63,357 nt of DNA from Lytechinus pictus (taxonomy: Eukaryota). The DNA lies in NCBI RefSeq assembly GCF_037042905.1, contig NC_087251.1:49042001-49105357 (forward strand), given 5' to 3'. The translations under genes were made by a program, and so were the position numbers. The notes beneath the pieces are model-generated. The model did no database searches. It saw nothing but the letters and a program-made list of their open reading frames with translations, and was not told the DNA's origin. Shown here in pieces: positions 39,585 to 54,119 of this stretch. The stretch's first letter is position 1; every line of letters begins with the position of its first letter.

Positions 39585-40740
39585 AAACAAGTGGAATGCC
39601 TCTGGCCGTCTCACCTGCATCACGCGATTCAATATAGCAGCAGTGCTGATTTTGAAAACTACTATAACTCGCACAAGATGTTCAGTGATACTTGGTTACT
39701 CTTATTTCCACGTTCTATGAACTAGACCAATACACTTATAGAGATATGATGGCAATTCAACAAATACCCCCAACGTGGCCAAAGTTCTTTGACCTTACAT
39801 GACCTTTGACCTTGATCATGTGACCTGAAACTCGCACAGGATGTTCAGTGATACTTGATTACTATTATGTCCAAGTTTTATGAACTAGACCAACACACTT
39901 TCAAATTATTGCTGTAATTCAACAAATACCCCAATTTGGCCAAAGTTCATTGACCCTAAATGACCTTTGACCTTGATCATGTGATGTGAAACTCATGCAG
40001 GATGTTCAGTGATACTTGATTAACCTTATGTATAAGTTTCATGAACTAGGTCCATATATTTTGTAAGTTATGATGACATTTCAAAAACTTAACCTTAGGT
40101 TAAGATTTTGATGTTGATTCCCCCAACATGGTCTAAGTTCATTGACCCTAAATGACCTTTGACCTTGGTCATGTGACATGAAACTTGCACAGGATGTTCA
40201 GTAATACTTGATTACTATTATGTCCAAGTTTCATGAATCAGATCCATAAACTTTCAAAGTTATGATGGTAATTCAACAGATACCCCCAATTCGGCCAAAG
40301 TTCATTGACCCTAAATGACCTTTAACCTTGGTCATGTGATGTGAAACTCATGCAGGATGTTCAGTGATACTTGATTAACCTTATGTATAAGTTTCATGAA
40401 CTAGGTCCATATATTTTCTAAGTTATGATGACATTTCAAAAACTTAACCTTAGGTTAAGATTTTGATGTTGATTCCCCCAACATGGTCTAAGTTCATTGA
40501 CCCTAAATGACCTTTGACCTTGGTCATGTGACATGAAACTCAGGCAGGATGTTCAGTAATACTTGATTAACCTTATGGCCCAGTTTCATGAACTAGGTCC
40601 ATATACTTTCTAAGTTATGCTGTCATTTCAAAAACTTAACCTCAGGTTAAGATTTGGTGTTGACGCCGCCGCCGCCGTCGCCGCCGCCGTCGGAAAAGCG
40701 GCGCCTATAGTCTCACTCTGCTATGCAGGTGAGACAAAAA
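39585..40740 (-). mobile_element. Helentron-associated non-autonomous element (HINE/DINE-1-like) with internal 161-192-bp tandem repeats
   Basis: Subterminal IR GTCTCACCTGCAT at both ends, extra partial IR, (GCC)n microsatellite, short terminal hairpin, T-run ends, no TSD. Confidence 0.8.
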
Positions 40741-41140
40741 AATGACAGAGTATCGTTTAAGTAAAACAAATGTCTTTTGAGTGAAGCACAATGTTCAAAA
40801 TACAAATAATTTGGCACAATCAATATATCACAAGACTTCCCTACCATAAAAAAATATGTCGGCTGTATGCCAAAATGACATCATTGTATTAAGTCTGCCC
40901 TATTTGGCATACAGGAGCACAGGACTGAGACATGATTACACCATAGATTACTTTGGTTTTCAATATTAGGGGGGTACAATCACCCGATACTTCCACCCCC
41001 AAATAAAAGGGATTTATCTGCATTCCTGTGAATAAAATATACTAATCTTATTACCCAGTTGAAATGATCAACATTTTTGCATGCATGCATGTTCAATTTA
41101 GAATTCCCCAACTTTGTGCAAGAGTTTTATGCAGGTTTTA

Positions 41141-44100
41141 TAGACGGGTCAATATATGGTTTGACCCGGAACAAATTGCAACAAATGATTTTACAACGGT
41201 ATTTTGTACTATTTGACCTCAGGAATAACATACTAAAAATCTACCAAAATCCGCATCCGGGAAAATGGTTATTTTCAAGATGGCGTCCAAGATGGCCGCC
41301 ATTCACTAAAAATTTATATAACTCACTCATTATCCACCCTAGAATCCTATTTGGGTTCACATCCATGGTCCAATGGGTAAAAGAATTTATTTATACAAGT
41401 GAGAGTGAATATTAGCACTCACGGGTTCCAGGAAAATCAAAGATGGCGCCCAAAATGGCTGCCGTAGTCTAAAAAATCCACAATTCATCTATTACTTACT
41501 TAAGTGGCTTTAATTTGGTTTTCATTCGATTGTGATAATGATGAAGTAGTACGTCGGGACAAGTTACAATGACAGCCAGTGGTCTGGTGCGTCCAAAAAT
41601 ACAAGATGGCTTCCAAAAATTTAGTTTAAAATGGCTGTTAATCCTTAAAATGGACATAGCTCATATCACATCCACCTGAGAGATATGATTTTGGTGTCTA
41701 GACCATGGTTTCAATGGTCAAATAATACATTGGGACAAGTTACAAGGACAGTCAGTGGTCCGGTATGTTAAAAAATCCAAGATGGCTTCCAAAAATGGAG
41801 TAAAAATGTTGTTGCTACTTAAAAAAAAACCCAACATAGTTTGTTCAATATCCGGGAATATGATTTTTGTGCATATACCATGGTTAAGTGGGTCAAATAA
41901 TAAATTAAGATAAGTTACAAGGACTATTGGTGGTCAAGTATGTCCAAAAGTCCACGGTGGCTTAAAAATTGTATCAATTAGCCGCGATGGTATTTTAAAA
42001 TGGACATAGTTCATGTTTTATTCGTCAAGGGCATATGATTTTGTTGCCTATATCATGGTTTCAAAAGGCAGAAAATTAGTTACAAGGACAGTCAGTGGTC
42101 CAGTATGTCGAAAATCTAAGAAAGCTTCCAAAAATCAGAGTCTAAAATGCCTGCTGTTACTTTAAAAATGGACATAGTTCAGTTAAAATCCACCGAGGAG
42201 ATATGATTTCGGTGTCCACACTATGTTTTCATGGTTAAAATAATACGTTTGGACTGGTTACATTGATATGCAATTGTCCAGTTCGCCTAAAACACAAGAG
42301 GGTTTTTAAAAAAGGAATCTAAAACGAATCATATCATTCAATAGTGGTCAGAGTTCTACAATATTCATCTGCAAGAAATAATGATGGTGTCCAAATTGTG
42401 GTATGAAGGGTCAAATAATACATTCGGACAAGTAACAAGGATAGTTAGCACTCCATTTTGTCAAAGAATCCATGATGGATTCTAAAATTTGTGCTGTTAC
42501 CAACTCATGAAACAATATGATAACTTGTCCCCATGCATTTAAGTGTAGGCACCAAGATTATTTCTAACAGGTAGATATTTTATGTAACAGTAGTCACTTT
42601 AGAACCCATTTTTTAAGCCAACTTGGATTTTAAGGCAAAATGGATAGCTGCATATCATGGTAACTAGTCCCAAAGTATTGTTTGGCCCTTGAAACCCTAG
42701 TGTAGACACCAAAATAGTATCCCCAAGGTGTATTTATAATGTTCTACATCCACTTTTAAGTAACAGCAGTCATTTAAGACCCCCACTTTTAAAGCCATCT
42801 TTGATTTTTGGACATACCTGACACCTGACTGTCCTTTCAACTTAACCCAATGTATTGCTTGACCATGTAAACTCTAGTATAGACAGCAAAATCATACCTC
42901 CAAGGTGTATTTATAATAAACTATGCATACTTTTAAGTAGCAATAGTCAATTTACATCCCATTTTTTTGAAGTAATCTTGGATTTTTCAACATACAGACA
43001 ATTGACTCGTCTTGTAACTTACCCTAGTGTATTACTTGACCCTTTTAAACCATGCTTTTAACACCAAATTCATATTTCCCAGACAGATATTAAACAAACT
43101 ATGTCCTTTTATAAGTAACATCAGACATTTTTTACTCCATTTTTGGAAGCCATCTTGTAATTTTGGACATACTAGCCCACTGACTGCCATTGTCTGGTCC
43201 TAATATATAATTTGACCCTTGAAACCATAGTTTAGAAATCATATCTCACAGGCGGATTTAAAATGAGCTATGCCACTTTTAAGTATCAACAGCCATTTTA
43301 GAATCAAGTTTTGGCTGCCATATTTGATTTTTGGTCATACCAGACCACTGACTGGCCTCAAAACCTGTCCTAATGTATTATTTTGGCCCTTAAACCAGTG
43401 GTTTAGACACCAAAATCGCATTTCCCATGCCGATATGAAATAAGCTATGTCCGCTTTAAGTAGCAGCAGTCAATTTAGAATCAATTTTTGGAAGCCAACT
43501 TAGATTTTTTGACCGACCAGGTCACTGACTGTCCTTGTAACTCGCCCTAATGTATTAATTGATCCTTGAAACTAGTGGTTTAGACACCAAAATCACATTT
43601 CCAGGCCGATATGAAAGGAGCTTTGTCCGCTTTAGTATTAGCAGCCATTTCAGAATCAATTTTTAGAATCCATCGAGGATTTTTGCACATACCAGACCAC
43701 TGACCTTCCTTGTAACTTGTCCCAATGTATTATTTGACCCATTTAACCATGGTATAGACACAAAAATCATATTTCTGGACATTGAGCAAACTATGTCGGG
43801 TTTTTTAAAGTAGCAACAGCAATTTTCGACTCCATTTTTGGAAGCCATCTTGGATTTTTGAACATACTGGACCACTGACTGTCATTGTAACTTGTCCCAA
43901 TGTGTTATTTGACCATTGAAATCATGGTATAGACACCAAAATCATTATGTCCCAGGCGGATATGAAATAAACTATATCCATTTTAATTATCAACAGCCAT
44001 TTTAAACTCCATTTTTGGAAGCCATCTTGGATTTTTGGACACACCAGACCACTGGCTGTCCTCGTAACTTGTTTCAATGTACTATTTCACCCTTAAAACC

Positions 44101-44476
44101 ATTGAATAAAAAACAAATTTAGATGAATTGTGGATTTTCAGCCCACAGCAGCCATTTTGGGCGCCATCTTGGATTTGCCTGGTACACTGGGGGGCTTATA
44201 ATGCATTCTAGCCTAAATCAATTTTTGTACCCCCAGACCATGGAATATGAACAGAAATAGTATTATAAGGTGAATAATGTGTCAGTTGTATCCATTTTCA
44301 GTGAATGGCGGCCATCTTGGACGCCATCTTGAAAATAACCACTTTCCCGGATGCGGATTTTGGTAGATTTTTAGTATGTTATTCCTGAGGTCAAATAGTA
44401 CAAAATACCGTTGAAAAATCATTTGTTGCAATTTGTTCCGGGTAAGGCTATTTTTGGTCGTATATTGACCCGTCTA
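41141..44476. mobile_element. 3.3-kb non-coding foldback DNA transposon, TAG..CTA termini, 3-bp TSD TTA (Academ-like)
   Basis: TAGACGGGTCAATATA / TATATTGACCCGTCTA; near-identical inverted arms for the first about 170 bp, then about 175-180-bp tandem units that switch orientation near 42500. Confidence 0.88.
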
Positions 44477-46784
44477 TTATGAGCATGACCTGTTAGGTAA
44501 AATCCCACTGACCGAACCTACATTTTTAAGTCCAAATCCTATATTAAATTGATTCAAATAAAATGTGACAAGAATAAGGGGGATGGTATTGATTCAGATT
44601 TAATTGGTTTGTTGTCAGAATTTTCTTCTATTCATTTAATTACGGTTTATAATTTGGTAAATATGGGTCACTATATTGATCATATTTTGACAGTAACATC
44701 AGGCCCACAAGATAAAATATAACAAATTATTTCATGAGAACTATTGCCTCTCATGTAACATAATGATAAAAAAATAAATAAAAAAAGTTAATATTAATAC
44801 ATATTATTAACATTAATAATTGATCAGTATATGGCTCAGTATTTTTGCAATTAATTGATTCACATATCTTTTCAACATTCCACTTGATTTTCTTTTATTT
44901 ATATACTCAAGGTTCAATTTTTTCATGACTTCCAATCAGAATGACCTTGCATTGCTAATGTCACATGTAATTATATGGAAGTTCATACATTTCTGAACTA
45001 TATATGCAAACATGCAGTCAAACTACGTTTCCACATATTTAGACGTTACTTACAATGGTGGCATATTATGTTTTATATGTCCAAATCAAAGGGTTCTTTA
45101 ATAAATTATAATATAAGTAGAGATCACGTTTTTTCTTACTTAACTGAATCCTCAGCATCCCATCTTAAAAACTGAATAAGTCAAATTATTTTCATTAATG
45201 TTAATTATTTAAATTGGCGTTCTTATTCATTATTGTCTCAAAATATGTGGCTTTTAGCCTTAACCCTCTACTATGCCTATTTTTATGCTAAACAAAACTA
45301 TATGAATTTTTTCATACAAACCAGCCAACATGATTAATGGATATCACCTGGGTGCCGTAACACAAAGTTCAGTAATTAATCGTACACTTGATTTTCATGA
45401 TTAATTGTACAAAGTAGTCAATGCAATCAATCATTTAAAAAAATATACAATAAATACTAAGTTTTGTGTTACAGGTCCGAAGTGTTTTGAATGCTTAATT
45501 AAACATTTGGGTTCGAGTGATTGACTCAGGCCTATAAAAGAATAAATTGCTAATTAGATTTGTTTCCTTTTAGTTGAAAACTTCAAGAAAATTGAAAGAA
45601 AAATGAAAGTTTTGTAAACATAGTAAATATGGAAGTAACAGAATACAAGTTAAATATATTCATACAGCAATGGTAATCTTGAAATTGTAGCATGGTTAAT
45701 ATGACATTGTGAGATTGCAAAAGGAATAACTGAATTTACATAAAGCCCAAAAATAAGTATTAATGAATATATTTGTTAAATGTGGCTAATTCAATTTATA
45801 ATTTCAATTTCATGTAATACTAAGTTTAGTGAGCATCATTGGCAGCATGGCCCAGGGGGTGCTATGTGTGTTATCCTTAGGCAGCACCATAGCAGAAATC
45901 TAACAAAAAGACCTATACATGTATTTTGTATTAAATCCTTTTTTTTTGCTTGTCAAATTTTCCCTGGGCCAAAACCACCTTCATTTTGTGGCAAAAAAAA
46001 TACTTTTTTTTTGCTTGTCAATTTAAATCATCATCCCCTGTTAAAATCATTCCCAGGGCCTTTCTTATTTCAATCTCTCTTTTAATTTCACACATCCACA
46101 TGTAAAACGGTACAATGTAAAGATTTTCTTCATACATGACTACCATCACCAGCATGGTTTTTCCTAGTCACATCGCTTTAATTTGAAAAAAAAATCATCT
46201 ATATCATGCATTTTCTTGAAGAATATATACCCAGAGAATTAAAAAAATAAGTTTTGTTACATATTTGAAAAGCATAAGTGAAAGAAAATACAACATTTTG
46301 AGAAAAGAGAAAACTTCCTTTAATCAATATATTTCCCTGTTCTACTTTCCACTCACCACAAAAACAAAATTCCCCTTGGTCGGTCTGGTTAATTTGAGGA
46401 AATATATTTCAATTTCATGTTAACTCTATAAATTAATTTCTAGTAGAAATTAATCGCATCCGGGAAAGTCGCACTTGTGAAGTATCAATATGGTAAAGAT
46501 TTGTCGCCTTTAATTAAGATGTCGAAAGCGGAATTAAATGCTGAAATATAGAAAATACCGAAACGTGACAAAATTATGCAATATTAATGATTTGTGAATG
46601 AAATGCTGAAATATGACATAACCAAAAAGTGAAAAACTATGAAATAGCAATGATTTGTGTGTTATTTGATTTGAAAAAAAATAAAGAGGAGCTGGACTTC
46701 ATCACAAAAATGCTGCAGTTAACTGTTCAATTGTAATGACCAATCTAACTCATTGTTTCATGGAATATTCATTGTATTAATGGC

Positions 46785-46915
46785 AACATTTTACCCAATC
46801 AGAATCACTGTTTTATGTATAAGTCAGAGTATGCTAACATTTTAACCAATCACAATCATTGTTTTATGTATAAGTCAGAGTATGCCAACATTTTAACCAA
46901 TCAGAATCATTGTTT
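46785..46915. repeat. 51-bp tandem repeat, about 2.6 copies, each with CCAATCA
   Basis: Units start at 46785, 46836 and 46887. Confidence 0.85.
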
Positions 46916-47039
46916 CAACTTTGAAATTGATTGCAAAACTTGTGTTATTTAGCCTTGGTTGACAGGAATATCCAAACAGAAGAATATGCCAGACAGAATA
47001 ACTTTAAGCATACACTACATGTTTTGCATTATGTGATCT

Positions 47040-47250
47040 GGGGGGTGTTTCACAAAGATTTCAGTATGGCTTAGAGTCGCACTTAAATGCCTCGTTGCGT
47101 ACGGTATAAAAGGCATGACCGCATTGGTCAGATCATGCGAAGAGGAAGCGCGCTACTGCCTATTGATAAATAAGATTGCGCATTGCATATCTTGTACGCA
47201 TCTGCATTTAAGTGCGACCTAAGTCATACTTAAATCTCTGAAACACCCCC
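47040..47250. mobile_element. Short TIR element (GGGGGTGTTTCA..TGAAACACCCCC); related copy near 48390-48580
   Basis: TIRs and an internal inverted repeat. Confidence 0.75.
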
Positions 47251-50200
47251 AGGGCTTGTTTCAAAACAAACGATACAAAAGACAAATTTTCTCTCAAAAC
47301 CAGGGGGAAAAATACTCGGGGGCTGGGGGTGATTTAGCCCTTGAAATGTTCAAAAGACCCCTGGAAATCCCATTCATTTCAATGTAAGGCCTTTTCAATT
47401 GTGGATTTAGACAGTAAGTAGTGAAGAGTAGCCACCCCCCCCCCCCCCCCCCTCAAAAAAAAAAATGAAGAAATAAAAAATTGCCTGCTAAAAACCAACG
47501 AAAATGCACCATTTCGAGGAATGTGGTATAAATTGCCTTTGGTAACAGGTTGGAAAGTGTCTTGATGTATGTTTAAGTAAAGTGAAATCTGTATATAAAA
47601 GCCACCCAAGGAAGTACAAGAAAAGAGCCTTTATGAACAAGTGGTCTTTTTTAACAGGTTTCTGAAATTAACATTTCAATAAGAAATCCTATTCAATAGA
47701 AACCCAATCCATGGTCTGTACAGTCAGGTGTATAGGTGGTCGCTACTGTATATATGAATACCAACTTTCTGTTCACCTGTTTTATAGGGGGAGGAGGGTT
47801 GGTGCTCCCAAATTTTTCTTATGAAATGACCAGTATATTGTTTGTTAAACTATTGTTTATAAATATAATGTTAATTTTCCTTTAAATACTTGAATGTAAT
47901 TATACATGTATGGAATGATTTTTGTATCCCATTTTTTGATGAAACATATATTGGCATAGGAATTTGAATATCAAAAATAAAACATTGGTAATAACTTACT
48001 ATGATATTAAAACAAATGATTTGGGGGCTCATTCACTTTACTTTCATATGTCCAGATATGGCACATCGTTATATCCGCTTTGCTCAGCTTCAGTAATGTA
48101 CTTTCTCTGTATTTCAATAATTCTTTAAAAAGTCTTAGAAACTTCCGTAATAAAACAAATAGTCCCGGATACTCCACAATAATAACATAACACAATCGCA
48201 TTAACATACATTCCCGGACCTTCAACCGCATGATCAACAAACAAAAGCTTGACTCGCATTCAAGAAACTAAGCCAATTTTATGATAATAATATTTACCTT
48301 TTTAATATTTATACATTGTGACTTTTTAAGAGAGGTACATTATAAATATACACCATAAAACTGTACACATTAACATGATGGAGGAGGCGGGGGGGGGGGG
48401 ACTTTTCACCAAGATTCTAATGTGGCTTAAACACCATGCGCATCATTACCTGATTGATAGATACGCTGTAGTTCACCCTGCATCCCATGGTCATGATCTG
48501 ACCAATGCGGTGATGCGTTATTACCGCACGCATCTGAAATGCGATTCTCAGTCGCCCTGAACTCTTGGTGAAACACCCCCTGGATAGAAAAATGACTCAC
48601 AATGTAACTTTCACATTGCCATTGCAGGGGATTTAATTTCAAGATTGATCAATAGAGATCTTACTTGTTGGTCTTTAACGGAAGTATTCATCCTGGCCTC
48701 CCTGCCAAGCATCTTGATAGCAATGTAAAGTACCATTGCATTACTTGACACAGGGTTATTCCATTAAACATGTTCTAACTTGTAAAAAAAAGTGGTACTT
48801 TCTTTTCTGGAATTGCTCTTTCTTCTCAATCATCTAAACGACGACGTCAAGATTGAGTGTCCTGACGTAGGACATCCCCCACATAGCTAACACTTCACAA
48901 CCCACCTAACAATGGGGATTCCCCTCTTCTAGTCTGGCAGATTCAGACTCACAAATTGAATCTCCTCTCTTCATTAACATTTTCTGATGGTACACACTAT
49001 GGGTGCATTGCCAGAAATCATGTGTCTTGCACTTAATTGCAAACATTGCTCATATGCTTCTTACAAGGAAAATAAATTGATTTTCTTGATCTATATTTTC
49101 TTTAAGTCTTTGAAATGAATCCAAAGACCAAAAGGATGATTCTTTTGACAACGTCAATTTTACCTTTGGCAAGTATTCAATAAAAACATTTATCTAGGCT
49201 TGGGTCAAACATTCTAAAACATAAATTTCCTGTGGGCGATAAACCCCCTCCTCCACTTTGTGGTTTTATGATTCCGGCATCTAAGGTATATACCAGGATA
49301 TGAGGATTCAAACATCTAACATACATGCCAAAAAAGCACAATTTCGTATTTTCAAAAGTTGTTTCGCATTTTTCGCTTCGCTGCGCATGTGTGAATTCCT
49401 CCAATTTAAAAAAAATCATTACCCAAGAAATTTTAGCTACAAACATTTTCTGATTATTGATAATCATTTTACCTACAAACATTTTCTGATTTATATTGAT
49501 AATCATTTGCGGACATTGGCTGGTATTTTGTAACTTCTGAAGGTTTCCATGGCGAAGAAGAATAGTGTAGTAGGTTTCAAGGTACACCATGTATCTTTCT
49601 TGGGCTGGTATTTTCCAGACCAGCTTTATACAAAAGTTACAAAATACATGGGGCTTTGTCACAGAAGCAGTAGGGCATTGAAATTCCTTTATTGCATATT
49701 TGGTGAGTGAAGCCAATGACTCAATACTTCTATAGACCCCAGAATGAAATAAAAAATTGATAATATCAACCATATTTCATCATACGCAACGGTCTAAAAA
49801 TCTTTGCATAATTTTGCTTATTATGGATTCTCTAAGGGGGTGTCACAAAACACTTGCAATCAACTGCAAATACTCTATTTTAAGTTTGCAATTGATAGAT
49901 CAATCTTAGCTGTGGGAAATCAATTTACACTCTCTCTCCAGAAAAATCCTAAATAAATGTTATGCTTCCAAAACCTATAAGCGTTTGGATGCCAAAGTTT
50001 CGAAATCGAGGGTCAGTGGCCACACCCTACATGCAGTATCAATCTTGAATTTCCCACTTAAACTTAAATAATTACTTAACTATATGAATACAGGAACTTT
50101 ACTTTGATCTCTGGTGGCATATCTCTCGGTTTAGAGGTCAATATTTGGGTAGGTAACAGACATATAGTTTTTATGGATGTGAATTATTTTTCTTGTAAGT

Positions 50201-50293
50201 ACCAGTATGTAAATAAAAAAAAGACATTTCATTCAGACTTAAATCTTTATGAAACATCTCTGTAGACTCATTGTTCTCACAGATTTTTTTTAA

Positions 50294-50324
<31 letters not shown>

Positions 50325-51713
50325 GAGCAATGTTTTCCCGGCTTTAAGCCAGGAGCCCTGCATTTAACTTTATTATCATCATTATTATTATTATTATTAG
50401 TTCAAGAAGTAATAAGGATGAAAAACATGAAGACTGCAGGAAGATGTTAACATGTCCAGGGTGACATGATTATATGCTTATGAATATCACTATACTTCCA
50501 CCAAAATATTTGTTCATCTCATGATTAAAAGAGTAATATCGAGTTTGTTAACTCAGTAAACAGATTAACTTAAGTATGATATTGTTCAACTTGTCATAAA
50601 ATTTTGACTTGTAATTTGATTAATATAAAGTTTGTTGAACCAATAAACAGATTATCCCAAAAATTGATATTCATGGTTACATAGATCAAATTGATCTTCT
50701 TTTGGTTTTGATATGGAAGTTGAAAAGCATGATCCTTATGACTCATATTGGGATGACTCACATGGGGATCGCCTTGTCTATAATGTGCATCCCTATGCAA
50801 TATCCTCTCCAGCTGTTGGTGGTGTATGGTTTATTACAAGTCAGGGGTATTTAATATCACCACAGCCAGAACACATTAAAACCCTAGGTGGGCTATTACA
50901 ACCTTCTATTTTAAAATTTTCAACAACAAAAAATGAGGACAGGTCAGAAAAAGTTGTATTTTGAAATATGATGGTGGCAGCAGCCTCACATTTCTGAAAA
51001 CGCTCTGCTAATTGCTGTAGAGAAACCTTTCTAAGCAAAAGAATGATGCTATTAATATCATTCTAATATCTAGCTTTTTCTGAGCTTTTCGAAAGTTTGT
51101 CAAATTTTATGAAACCAAGTTTTACCAGCTCACCGATGATATGTGTAATACAATATAAAGCCTGAAAAATGCCTAAAATGGGAAGTTGTTGGGGCCTAAA
51201 ACCAGGCAAAATCCTGGAGATTGTCATATCTGGACTTGATAATATGGTCAATTGGTGATTCAATTCAAACACAACATCTTCTCTTGAATTGAGAGATATG
51301 TTCACTTAATAGATGACATTTTTCTGGAATTTGATGATCTTTTCATGCAAGCATTTCATCAACATTTTCTGTCTGACATGTTGTCAGATATGACAACTTT
51401 CCTCAATTCTTATTTACTGGGAAGCGCTGTTACTGTGGTAATTGTCAGATGAAAGAGGATTGGAGAAATCGTCTGACAAGCCTTTTCATGAAACGCTTCC
51501 CAAGGCTACACCTTATTTTCTCTTTCTCCCCTTTCATTTTCATCTCTATCTCTCTACCACCCAACAGTAACCTTCAGGAACGACCTCATGGTCAACTGTA
51601 AACCTCTCCCATGTTTTCTGGGATTGTTCAGGAAAATTTCAAGAATGCAATAAACATTACTCTATGAATATGAATTTGTAAAGCTACTAAACCTACATGA
51701 TGATGACCCTGAA

Positions 51714-51872
51714 TCATAACTTGAAGTTTAACTTCCTGGGGGTCATGAACTCTTTGAGAAGGTCGTCGGTCACGGTCTTTCTCCTCTCCTGAATTTCAGC
51801 AACCATCTTCTGCAGGATGGTGATCAAGTCTTTCTTGAGTTCACCCGTCAGCATACGGCCACTGCTGTATTC
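51714..51872 (-). CDS. WARS1: Tryptophanyl-tRNA synthetase, cytoplasmic, last coding exon ([26 protein letters not shown])
   Basis: gcAG acceptor; matches the WARS C-terminus ([22 protein letters not shown]); not in the ORF track because it is short. Confidence 0.95.
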   Translation of the reverse strand, partial: EYSSGRMLTGELKKDLITILQKMVAEIQERRKTVTDDLLKEFMTPRKLNFKL

Positions 51873-53848
51873 CTGCATGAGTGATCAAAATTATGACATA
51901 ATAAAAATAATGATGATTTATAATGTATAATGCACCAAATCCACTCTGCAGAGTGCTCAAGGCACAAAAAAGAAGAAAAAAATAATATAAAGTAAAACAA
52001 AAATAGTCTCCTTGTCATCTACAGGTGACAAGAATGGTAATAGTGGAATGCCATAAACAAAATGGCTTTAGCTGGCTACAATCCAGGGGCACAAAAACAT
52101 TTAAATGAATAAATATTACTGCCAAATAATATCACACTATTTCTACAGAAAAATACACGCACAATATGATACTGATACAGCTCCGCTCTTCAACATAAAT
52201 CAAGTGTCAAAATGGGGTATGGGTAAACTTTGATAGCATCTACAAAAATAAAAGTATGCCCACTCTGCAATATTTCTCAACCTCACTCTAAGAGATGATA
52301 CATATCTATGACTTCTTGATGAATAGTGTTTGGAATGAACTGCTGTCATATGATGCAGAAAATAAATGTATTTACAAACATAATTCTTACTACTTTATTA
52401 GAATTACCCGGTAGGCAGAAAATTATGAAAATTCATACATTCATAACAGCTATTTGGGGAAACATTACTATAAAGTATAATCACTCTTTCAATAATTAAG
52501 ACCATCAATCTCATGAAAGATATTCTCTTTTATGAGCACATTTGCCGGATTTGTAATTTTGAAATCTGATGGATTGTTGGATAACAAAAAAGTAACAGTA
52601 TGTCTGCTCATGATCCCTATTTCTAAAATTTTGTCAATCAGTACTTTTCCTAATAGAAGGAAATCACTCTTTCTGCCTTTTAATTCAAGCAAGGAGCTTG
52701 ATTCAAGTGTAAGTTTGTAGAAACCACATGATGATATCACATCATAGCAACCACTTAACGAATCTTAATGAAGTAGGATGTGATCCTCTTTGTTGCCAGG
52801 GATACAAACTTTTATAAAGATTTGTTTAAGTGGCTTTAATTATGACATATAATAGGCAGCCTCTTTACTGGTTTTAGTGGAAAATCCACTTTAATTTAAA
52901 GGAACAAGTTAACTTTGAAAAAAAGAAGATAAAAAATGCATCTGACCTGAATGAGGAAGGCTATAAATTCTAATATTTTAGAGGGCACTCTCTTACATTA
53001 CAGCATGAACAGGCATATGCAGACTACCTCGCTCACAGGAGTACCCGTTAAATTACAAGAACTTGTTCAGGCTCCAAAATACCCAAATGATTATTTTCCG
53101 CATTCAAACCGACCAAAAGATGACCCTTTCGAGATAAGTTCTCGAAGTTATGAGCAAGCAGAGTATGGTTTAATAAGCAGGCAAGGCGGAGGATTCAAAA
53201 TCGCTAGCTCAGCAGCCCCCCACAGCACCCAAGCCCCACTACACGATAGGCTAAGAAAGTCCCCATATTCTGCTTTCACACTGCCAAAATAACCGTGATC
53301 TTGGAAAAAATCCCTGCGAAAGTTCCTGTAATTTTGACAAGTACCTAGTATTTACCGGGAATTTTCTTTAATTTGCTTTCACACCGCCACAGTTACCTGC
53401 TATTTTCAGATTGGGATACATCAAGGCAAATTTCCTGATCAGAAAATACCTGGAACTGACGAACTTTGAGGCAGTCTATTAACACCTAAATGGAAAATTT
53501 GAAAAGGGCAAACAAAATATCCAAGGCCAATCGATAGGACAAAAGGCCATGGACTTGTTGGCTTTGGCAAGCCATGATCAGAGGTATCTCTACCTTGTGT
53601 CTAATCAATTAACAATCTTGAAGTTTTTAGACGATATTCAAGTCACAAGGACAACTTGCGATTTATTCCAATGCCGCTAATAGGTTTGGCAAGAAATAAA
53701 AAAAAAAAATTTCCCTTTGTTTGTTGGTAGTGTTTGGAAAAAAGATGACCGAAGTGTCAGTTATAATCCCCCCTTATCCCTAAAACTAATCAGTGTAGAG
53801 GACTATTCAATCCACTACCAAAACTCAATAGGGATTTCTCTAAGGTCA

Positions 53849-54119
53849 GGGCCTTTTCACACATGAATCTTGAATCATCACTGTAAATGATGATTGCAAT
53901 TCGTCTTTAGAATCAATGGACCTTTCACACGGAAAATTGGTATCGTAATTTGAGTAAAACTTAACAGGAATTCACCTCCGGAGTAGAAATTGAATTTGTG
54001 ATTGTGATTAGCATTCATGATTCTAGTTTGGTTTCACACGTGCTAAAAATTTGTCATTAGCCTTATTTTTCACTGGAATCATCATTCAAATTACAATTTA
54101 TTTACTGTGTGAAAGGGCT
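53849..54119. mobile_element. Harbinger-like MITE
   Basis: GCCTTTTCACACA / TGTGTGAAAGGGC TIRs; internal TTTCACAC repeats. Confidence 0.65.

Noticed and set aside
49177-49773. 198-aa minus-strand ORF downstream of WARS
   Set aside because: No recognisable domain or convincing splice structure, and it includes a short tandem duplication; may be 3' UTR or decayed TE. A homology search would be needed
52722-52790. C/D-box snoRNA (ATGATGA)
   Set aside because: Antisense to the host gene, with no D box or terminal stem
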